Source of the DNA: Tubulanus polymorphus
Lineage: Eukaryota > Animalia > Nemertea
Direction of reading: 5' to 3'
DNA length: 64,000 bases
Assembly: GCF_964204645.1 (NCBI RefSeq)
Contig: NC_134026.1
Span: forward strand, 1,573,950 to 1,637,949
Shown here: positions 43,053 to 53,800 of the stretch, piece by piece
Layout of the letters: the number at the start of each line of letters is the position of its first letter
Position numbering within the stretch: the first letter of the stretch is position 1
Position numbers and translations under genes: made by a program
Notes under the pieces: generated by a model
Databases searched by the model: none
What the model was told of the DNA's origin: nothing
What the model saw: only the letters and a program-made list of their open reading frames with translations

Positions 43053-44710
43053 GTAAGTGTTCTGTTCATCAACTGTTAAACGTTCGTTAACAAATATTAA
43101 ATGCTTCATATTTCAACTTAGATTGTCATTCAATCAATGTAAGAGATTTGAAAATTGAACTGGTCTGTGGACTTCGTTGGAGAGGTGATTTTCAATTCAA
43201 ACCATTTTTCACGAATGGTCTTTTGGCGAGAGCTTTCTCTGAGATTTATTTTGATCGCCTATGTCTAGGATAGGTAATTAGGCCTAATATATATTCAAAA
43301 TCATGATTTGCGTAGTAGAAGGCTGACTAAGTGTCGAGATCCAGTCGAGCGTGGGAGTGAATAGCCCATCCTCTGATCCTTGTTGCAGCAATTTTGCAAT
43401 TGATTAGAATTTACTCGGATAAAACAGTCATCCTCTTAGTATGATGGTAAATCTGCAGTTGGAAAGCATTTAAGCAGCAGATAGTCTTTTTTTTAATTGA
43501 AGAAGAGGTGTACATCTTTTCATGTATTAGTAGCCTATATGAAATATTCTTTCATCTTAACATTATTTATGTAAACACCTCTGTGTTAATGTGTTGAGTT
43601 ATATTACCTACTTATTGCGTGCTATTTAGAATCTTCCCCAGTTACTCTGTGAAGTCTTCTCAGTGAACTGACTGTTGAATCCCGTGTGATATGTACCCCC
43701 TATCTGAGGTATCTGTCCAATATAGGCCTATCAAATAATAACCAATTCGCTGGAAGTGATTTCAGCTTTAAGGATTTTTAACCAAAATCCAAAGGAATGT
43801 GCTGTAATAATCAGTAAGCGCGACTTGTTTAACAACATATTATTAGACTTGTTTTGTTTAAGCATGAATCCCGCACTCAATTGACACTTGGCTAAAATAT
43901 TTTCTGGATGAGTGATATTTCTGAGTGTGAATTAATAGGGCCTGATATCGAGGCAATGTTTTAAATCTCGTTAACAATGTTTCGGGATGCCCTTCATTTG
44001 AAGAAAGCTAACTTAACCTTAAATTTTAAAACTCTGCTTAGGTATTAAGCTCTTTTGCTGAAATTGAATTGAAAATTGAGGCAATATTTAATTATTTTCT
44101 GGCAGTGTCTAGGAATAAGTAAAAGAAAAATTAACCTTTTCTCAAATTAAAAAGCTCTGGTTATTTTGCCTATTGAATTAAAAACTCTCCACATTTCCCG
44201 AGTGAGGCCTCTATGCCCTTAGCATGTGATTACTGAATTAGCCATATAGCCAATGCAAGCAGTTAACCTTAATTAGGTATGAACTATTCATGATGTTTGG
44301 CTGTAACTGTAGGTTTTTCCTGATCTGCTAATTTGACGTCTTCACCATATACCGAAACTACTGCCGTGAAGGCCTAACAAATTCATTTTCTGTTTAAATT
44401 CAGTGTTTTTTGCAAGAGAACTTAGAGGGGCGATTATTCTTGTCAATTTAAATCCACCCCTATGCTAAGAATCAGCCCCCCAGTAGTGAGTTATTGTGAT
44501 TGAGAGATTATACCAGAATGAAGCTTTAGCCTATTTTCAATGTTTCAAAAGCTTCTTAGCATTTGGAGTCCATAATGTTATACTATAGAATGATTGCAGT
44601 CCCTCTAAAATACTAGCATGTGGAGAACATATTATTAAAAGTCTCTGTGAATACAGTGATAAATTTATAATCGTCTTCGTTGTTTTTATTTTCTATAGGA
44701 ATGTTTTATA

Positions 44711-47700
44711 ATGTATGGAGAAAACGTCGAGAATATTCCACCAGAAACGTTTAAAGTACCAACCGTTCCAAACATCCAAACACCGCCATCATCAGTAGAG
44801 AGCTCAATTCTAAAACATTCTACTAAAGATAACCTCATAGCTTTCTCACCAGCTCCTAAACACTTGAAGGTATGCCACAGTTTTTCAAAAGTCGGTTAAA
44901 ATCGACCATCAGTGACCATCAAAACTTCACTATTTGCAGACAAAGCAGTTTAACAGTCCTGAATTGAGATAAATTCATTCCAACTCTGAATTGTGAAACT
45001 GGGTCCCGAGTTACTTTAACCAACTTTTAAGCGACTATCCCTCGCGTGATTCTAATGTTATGTGATAGAGAATGTATTCTCCGGAAACCATGTCTATACG
45101 GTTGAAATTTCGGATAATTTTCAGGTCCATTTTTTGACGCCGAAGCAAAATTCCGTGAGACGATATTCGCCGGAAAAACCTGCGTCGGAATTATCGACGA
45201 TAGATTCACCGGATTGGTATAATTTCATCCGTGAGATCGACGATCAAGAGAAGTGGTGCGAACGCACGGAAGTAGTTACAAAACGGGATCATACTGAAAA
45301 CGTTGTTATTGCTCAATCAGTAATTCAAGAGATTATTGATAATTTACCTTTAAGGTATTATTTTACGATTATTTGAAGCTTTTATTATAAAATCTCAACC
45401 TAATCGGCAAAACCAACAGTTGATGATTTAACAATTTATTTTCTGACAGTTTCAAAGTTTTGACTAAACTTCATAATCAGAGAAATGAAAATAACACAAT
45501 ACACTGTACTGATATACAGCAATTTAAAAATGTAGATATTACTAAGGAAGGAAACTGTTATATCTTCAACTATAGGTTTTGCTCATTAACTTGGAAACAC
45601 TAAGATTATCGTAATAACAGTCTACCTGTCAAAGCTCAACTAGTACTAAGACTACATTATGTTATATCAGAAAATCTATTATTATGATTATAATTAGAAG
45701 CATGTATCTCCAAAGTTTTGGTTTATTTTCAGAGATTCAGCGAATAAAACCGGTCGTTTAAGTGATTTGAGTAACGACAATTGTGACACAACAATGGCCG
45801 ACGATGACGAAATCATTCCGCCGAAAGCTTCGTATAATTTCAACTTCGACGACATCGATTCGATCGATCCGTTCACGTCGAGTAAAGGTTTAGCTAATTC
45901 TCCGCCGGCGTCGTCTGCCGCGATAATCGAGAATCCGTTCCAGACGAAATCGAAGGTGTCGTCATCGCCACCGCCGGACGCCGGGTTTCACGACGATAAT
46001 ATAAATCCGTTCGCGAGCAGAAGACAATTACCGAACTCGCCGCCGCCGCCGACGATGAAGGGTGATATTACGAGCGAAGAAATGTCGAATTCAAACGTTG
46101 AGAATTCTTCGTCGTCCTCGTTGAAAGGTTTTCAAAATGTAACCGATATAAACGATAATGAGAACGGTAATAAAAACGGAGCCGCAGCCGGAATGGATAC
46201 GAGTTGCACCGGTTCGGATTTATCAGTGAAATCTGACGACAGTAAAGCCAGTTCTACCGGATCTGAGTAAGTATCGTTAACACGATAATCTGAGGCAATC
46301 GGTGGCAATCTGTCTACTGTACTGACATTTTATTGGACTTGGTACAGGGTGGCCACGTACCTGGAAATCAGGGAATTTTGTATAAAGAAAAAAGTGAAAA
46401 ATCAGGGATAAATCGGGGAAATTTCATTGCCAGGAGATTGCTAGAATTGATTGGATTCTTAGCAGATCAAGTCAGGGAAAACAACGTGCAGTCAGGGAAA
46501 AGTCAAATCAGGCCATCCTGTTTTATGTTCATACCAGTGCATGGTATATTATTCTTGTCTGTTATGCATGGGATTATTATTTTGATATTACGGAAATAAT
46601 GTAGTCCACATTTAGGCTAAAAAATCTGATACCTTGTTTCTCCTAATTGGCCAATAAACGACAATAAAAATTAGTAATCAGTTCATTTCTAAAGCTGCCG
46701 GTCTATTATGGTTAGCTTGATCATGATTGCAGAGGGTAGATAGGCGGCCGGATGGTTAAACTTTTAAGCTCAGCAGATGGAGAAACGAGATATCAATTTT
46801 TTTTAAGCCTTAGCATAGATGTTTTTCAGGGAGCAATGATCATGTAGTAGGTCATTTTGTATTATTAGGTTCTAGTGATTCTTTTTAATTTGTATCAACA
46901 TTTCACTCGATGTCTCATATTTGTGGTGCCGTGTTTTTTGCATTGTAGAAAAGTTGTCAAAAAGAAATCACCACCGAAAAAGAAGGGCCCTCCGAAGAGA
47001 TTCCTACAAGCAAATAAGGTGATTATTGATTATCGGACACAACTGAAAAAAATAATACTGGAAATAAGATGCCATGGTACATGACATAGACAGGGTTCTT
47101 AAAGATCAGGGAATTTCGACTCTATTTCTTGAAAGTCGGGGAATTTGTATTTTTGGTTCCTTGTTGTTCTTATTGGTGATGAGCATTACAAGAAATAACC
47201 AGGGAAATTATCCATCAAAGGTCAGAGTAATATCAGGGGATTTTGGATTCCCAAAAACTAAATGATTCCTTGTTTCTCCTAATCGACTGGGTCACTTTAG
47301 TAAACTGAATTGCGAATTTGACCCGGCCTGAATAAATTATATTGCTAATCAGGCCGGGTCAACTTTTAAGCTCAGCAGAAATGAGAAGGTGTCAATTGTC
47401 AGTTTCAGCCTAATCTGTTAAATCCCTTCATAGACGTTTGAATATTAATTTATGTGGAATTATTTCAGAATTTTCTCGCTGCGAATCAAGCAAACGACGA
47501 TGTCATCATATTCGATCCGAAGTCGAAGCGTTCTTCGGCCGCGGCATCTGATCGAATGGAAACGTCGAGTACGGCATCGGTTGCGTCCGATGCCGCGTCG
47601 GAGACCGGTGAATTACCGAGCTGTACCGCGGCGTCGACCGTCGCGAAGGAGATCGTTTGCGACGATTTCGACGCGTTGCTACGACCGACTAAAGACGTAC

Positions 47701-50700
47701 AAATAGCCTCGATGACCGAGTTCGATACAGCTGGCATTTCCGTGTTCTCCAGTACAGTGATGAGTCAGGAGGGATTGGGATCTTTTTCCGAAGACGAATT
47801 CAAGTCTGCGACGGAAGGTAAGCATCGTAATATGTGAACGGACCCCGTGCTGCACCAGCTATCCTGATCCTGCTAGATGATGCGTGTATCAATAGGACAA
47901 ATCAGTTTTGAGGAATTTTCATCTATTAGCCTTGCACCTTAGAAATAAGACAAATCATGTCTCTTCAAAGACTCGCGTTCAATGTTTATTGCGCAATTGT
48001 TATCTGTTATATGTACGTATTGAATTAAAAAAATCATTGATAGATTTTGATTGAATCTGAGAAGAAATCCAGGCGTCACTTTGAGCATGTACCTGGTAGA
48101 TCCTCGCTTGCCTCACACAGAATCCTCAACTGCCACAGTCAACCGTAGAGTCCTCATTGAAGTGAATTAAATTCTTGCAATCGCGGTCGTTCGATGTTGT
48201 TACAAAGGTAGAAATTATTAGTAGCAGCTATCTGGTGCAAAATGCTTCCTGGTTGTGTGAGTGTCATGTTTGTGTGTGCTGGTTCTCTTTCAATTGTTCA
48301 GTCATGGTTTGTTGATTATTTGATGGCAATATTTCATGAAATCAAATCACTATCTATTATAGCCTTACGTAGTGTGTTTGCTGTTGATGTGTCTACTCAA
48401 CTCTTAGGCAGTTACTGTCTACGAATATCAAACCAGGTCAACTGCCTACGAATTCCACGAAAAACAAATATCATTAACGCTTTAAAAGGGATATATGTAT
48501 GAATCATATATAAATACTAGTTATGTATGGTAGTTGTCTCCGTTGTGAGGGCATCATTAGGATTGTAATGAGATTAAATAAATGGATTATCTCCGTGGAT
48601 TATCTCGATATGTAGAAGAGACAGGTGCTGTTTCGTACTGATGTCCGATATATTTATACATCGATAACCGACAGCTGTGAAAACTCTTGTGCCCCTTCGT
48701 TAGTTTTTTACGTGTTATCAATGGCGGTCACAGTTTTAAGCTGGTTTTCTTCGCTGATCTATCCTTCATTGCTCACGTCTATAGTAGCCGTGTTGGTCGT
48801 ATTAGGAATCAATGCTGTGAAATGGATTTCAAAAGGTACGTAGGCGATTTTATAAAAATAGATACGACATTGAACTGAGCTGATGAGTGATCTCATAGAA
48901 GGGGGTTGTGGGCGTACAAGGATATGCCATTAGTTTAGTTGTTTGGTAGTTTACTCGATGATATGATAGGCTTCAGAAGTTTTCTAGTTCATGATCATTT
49001 GTCAGTCTTTAGTTTCTGATTTGAACTAAAGGTGGCGGTCGGTGTTGCGTATGATTACCACCAGTTGAGTTGTTTTGATGGCGTCAATGCTCGAGTGCAT
49101 TATTGTATAAGTCCGTGACACGATTGTATTGATTTTCTGTTGAAGAATATCAATGAGTTTTGTTTTCTGAAATGACTGATATTTATTTGTACATGATTGA
49201 TACTGTCGTTGTGACATTGTATCGGAAATCATCAGCCTGTGACTCGAAGCAGTTTCAACGGTCTACCGCTTCTAAGTAGTATTATTGTCCATGGTTTGAA
49301 TTTCACTCAATTTCTCATGTTGTCATTGTACCCATGCCAGTGTTACTGTACTTGTGAAGTGTTATTAGCGAACCTTTTTGAGAAACACAAATTCATGGCT
49401 TTGATAACAAGTAAGTCATTTGACCGCTGAAAGAAGTTTCATGTTATCACCGTTGATAAAACACTATATCCTTGTTGTGACGATAATATACATAGAATCC
49501 CACAACGATATGAAACGAAAAACAAAGTCCAAAAATGTTGTCTAGAGCCAGTAGTTGATTCAACGTTTTGACTATATTCTAATAGTATTCCTAGTATTAA
49601 TATTAGTGGTATATCGGTATAAACTACTAACCCTAGGATACATTTCCAGACATATTGTCTTTCGATACAATTGTGGGATTCTTTCTATACTAGGTTAGAT
49701 ATATCTACCTTTCCCTGTCTTGTTCAAATTTTCATCTGAAGGGATCCCATTCTTAGGTCAGACTTCAGGCGCTATGTGGCGCTAGTGTTATTATGGTTAG
49801 GTTAGTTAAACCTATATTCGAACATATAAACTGTAGTTGCTGTATAGTAGCCGTTGAAATAGATGAATGTCGATTGTCTGTTTGTTATTCTCATTGACGA
49901 TGCAGAAACTGTCATCTCTCCGATCAGAGAATGCCTGAATATCTATCGTTAGGCGTTTAGTTAAAATTCTGGCGTCAGTAAGATATGTTTGATAGCGCTG
50001 GGCTGCGTGGAGTAGCTGCCGTACTCTGATTGGTATTCTATCGAGATAAACCCGATCTAATCTGATATCGTGTTGTAAACGTTCTCCGGCGAGGATGATA
50101 AAGAAATTTTTCTCACGTAGAAAGAACATTCTGCCCGACAACAAAGCAATAAGTGATAATTCAGTGTTTTTATCAGTTGTTGCATTGCGAAATCATTAAT
50201 AATCTCTACAAGCGAAGGGGACTCGTCAGACCATTTGTGTTCACGCAGTAACTTTGTTTATAGCTTCAATTGAGAACAATTTTTTATGTGCATTTATTTT
50301 TTTATTGAAGTTCCCGGCGAGAAAAAAAGGTAAAGATCGAAATGATATCGGATTGTGATCGCAGTTCTACGGATCAAGGAATTTCGAATTTACCATTTCT
50401 TACACGGACAATCAGGGAAACTTGACTCTTTCCTTGAAAATCAGGGAATTTGAATTGTGATGACTTGTACTTGCCGGTGATGAGTGGCACAAGGATCCTC
50501 TTGATAAGAAACTTCCCCTGCTCTGAGGATATCTTAATTTAATCAGGGACTTTTGGTCTTGTGTTAGGGAAATATCTGAGAATATTGGATTCTCTGATCC
50601 ATAAGAAGCGTAGATGTAAAGTTTCTCTGGCATAAAGATCGAAATGAAAGCTGATTATAATCCACAGCGTTTGGTAGTTATAATTCTCTAGAGTGGATGT

Positions 50701-50757
50701 TGTATGTTGTACATTGTCGGGTGTTTAACCACTGTGTGTTGAGATCGTTGGACTGGT

Positions 50758-50825
<68 letters not shown>

Positions 50826-53800
50826 CGCTCTCTGTCTCGTTGTTGCGGTTAATGCGCGATGATCGTTGAAACTACTCGCGGAATCGAACCTTGTTTAGAT
50901 GGATACATCCCTCACGGTGGTGACAACGATGAAACGTCATCTCTACGTTTGATAACGGTTCGCCCCCCTGCGTCTCGTCCTGCGGCGATCTGTAGAATGG
51001 ATTTACGCGGTTTCTGCGACTGTTTACTGTCATCAACGTGTATGATTTTGATGGTTCTATCGTTTATGTCGCCGGTTTTACTGTATATGATAATCGTACT
51101 GGTACGGTGGGCGTAGTAACGATGATAAACACCGGCTATTGTTCGGTGAGGCCCGCGCCGTGCCGCTCTCGTTTCACAGGTCGTCCTCGCTCGTTCCGGT
51201 TTCAAGCAATTGTGGATAACGCGCGGTTGAAAGGAAAGACGCGAGACGCGCCGATGAAGTCCACCCAGCCCTGATATCGTGATATCGTCGAGTTTTATTC
51301 GATTTTTATGCGTCTCCTCTCGAGTGTTTACAGCATCATTAGTTCGTTCGTGTAGTTATTCCCCGACGGCCGTCTTCGTTTCATCGAAATGAAAAATTTA
51401 TGCATTCGCACTTTTTGTTTCTGTAGATAGAGTTTAATTACGTGTATTTATTTTCATAAAATGATTCTTCAGTTTTTCGTTAACTTTTTTGACGAAACGA
51501 TCGAATCTATTCGAGAGAATTGATTTAAAAAGATTCAATTCGTTATTATCAAAATCCACGGAAACTGATTGCGATCGATCTACGCGGCTTGACAAGCGGA
51601 AAGTACGCGTGGTCCTCGTGATTGCGTGATCGGTGAATCACCCGTGATCAGATTGATGTGAATCGTTGAATTGATCGGCGGACAGTGTTTAATCAGTGTT
51701 GTATTCTCAGTGAAGATAAAGCGATGGATTTTCATGCGTTCTGCGACTGTTTGTTATCTTCTACTTGTATGATATTGATGGTTCTATCGTTCATGTCCCC
51801 GGTTTTGTTATATATGATTATTGTGCTCGTTCGATGGGGTTGAGACGACGATCTCCGCGCGTTTATATCAAACAGGTGAATATAATAAATACATCGAGTT
51901 CTCATTTCCGATCTAGAATCGACCAAGCGCTTCGAGTCTGCGCTTAATTGGTCCGTTTCATTTTTTAACAGACCGGTTTAAACCGATCCAGATCCATTCT
52001 AAATTTTAGAATCGACAATTTCTTAATGTATGAATAAAAAGTCGTCAGTGTTTAATCTTGGATCGGTGATGAAAGCGGATTTAAAAACAAAGTGTCAACG
52101 CACAGCATTGATTTGGTCTGTTCTAGATCGATTATTAAATTCAGGTACGGGCCGAATCGGAATGGACTAATTACCGAATCTGAATCTGACTTGTAAGTGT
52201 TGTTTCATGCTTTTTTTTCAAGGAACTGTTGTCCTTTATATTTAGAAGCTGGCTTTTGAGCTTCTTTGTACAACTGGATTGGTGTTTATCCGATCAAATC
52301 TGTACATCAGTTATGATTGTGGCATTTGTTTCTTAATCCAGTCTTGATTGCGATTTCATATTTCAAATGCTGAAATTGTAAAATATGTAGTTTGTTAGTT
52401 CAGGTAAATCAGGTTTGACCAGTCCAATTAGATCTCATTTCCCACTGAGAAGATGAATCCCGGTGTTTCAAAATTCATAATTCACATTAATGTCAGGATA
52501 CAATAATAGGCATCTACCGTTTGGACAGATACGTCTCTGTGTATGGATAGCTAGTGATATTTGGTATTGCGTATGTCAGACAAAGTGACGTTATTCAGGA
52601 AATCATTCTGTCACCGAATGAGTTCGATACAAATAGTCATCGTAATGAGAATGTGGAGTCACGCGGCCGAGCATTATTACTGATCACCAAATCAAATATA
52701 GACGCTTCACTAAGTACTGTTTACGTATGCATGGGGAAAAATATATACCGCGCATAATTCCCCGGGCTAATTCACTTAGCATCGCCTTCATCGGTCAGCA
52801 GCACATTCATCGGTCAGTCATCTAGCAGCACATTCACTGGTCAGTCATTTAGCAGCAGGTTCACTGGTCAGTCATCTAGCAGCACATTCACTGGTCAGTC
52901 ATTTAGCAGCACGTTCACTGGTCAGTCATTTAGCAGCACGTTCACTGGTCAGTCATCTAGCAGCAGGTTCACTGGTCAGTCATTTAGCAGCACGTTCACT
53001 GGTCAGTCATCTAGCAGCACGTTCAATGGTCAGTCATCTAGCAGCACGTTCACTGGTCAGTCATTTAGCAGCACGTTCACTGGTCAGTCATCTAGCAGCA
53101 CGTTCACTGGTCAGTCATTTAGCAGCACGTTCACTGGTCAGTCATCTAGCAGCAGGTTCACTGGTCAGTCATCTAGCAGCACGTTCACTGGTCAGTCATT
53201 TAGCAGCACGTTCACTGGTCAGTCATCTAGCAGCAGGTTCACTGGTCAGTCATTTAGCAGCACATTCACTGGTCAGTCATCTAGCAGCACGTTCAATGGT
53301 CAGTCATCTAGCAGCACGTTCACTGGTCAGTCATTTAGCAGCACATTCACTGGTCAGTCATTTAGCAGCACGTTCACTGGTCAGTCATTTAGCAGCACGT
53401 TCACTGGTCAGTCATTTAGCAGCAAGTTCACTGGTCAGTCATCTAGCAGCACTTTCACATTGGTGAAAAGTGCAGTTAAAGTCCTACCTGAATTGGTCCT
53501 GTCCATTTTAGAATAGAAGACAAACAAAGAATTCTGATCCAGGTTTATTCAACAATTTTGAAATTATCATGTATGGATAGTGCAGGTCTGGTTTGGTTCA
53601 TTCTAAATTGGTCCATTCCTGATGCGGCCCGAATTAGAACATACTAACATCATGTTCTTTACTATTTCATCATCAATTGAAAGGAATGCACAGAATCAGT
53701 ATATTGATGATAGGGACATGTGAACAGTGCCTGTATAGGCTGTACGATCGCTGGGACTTCAGACTCCTTAAGAGTTACAGTGAGGAATTGTGTGAACGTG

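Noticed and set aside
45450-45575. Possible extra symmetric TACC cassette exon
   Set aside because: The frame is open, but the donor (AG|GTTTTG) is poor and the composition is intron-like.
46343-47410. CAGGG(A)-rich and CCTTGTTTCTCCTAAT-containing dispersed repeats in TACC introns (similar pieces at about 6255 and 50390)
   Set aside because: Probably ordinary non-autonomous DNA-transposon relics; boundaries and TSDs could not be fixed, and their ORFs are spurious.
50912-51947. Other-frame and antisense ORFs over the micropeptide copies ([18 protein letters not shown]; HRTSTIIIY)
   Set aside because: Their similarity is a shadow of the real frame. Substitutions between the copies are synonymous throughout residues 6-38 only in the MD..FCDCLL frame, and only that frame has matched ATG and stop positions.
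53026-53466. 146-aa ORF of SLVSHLAAR repeats
   Set aside because: It is the translation of the 27-bp minisatellite; no splice signals link it to TACC.
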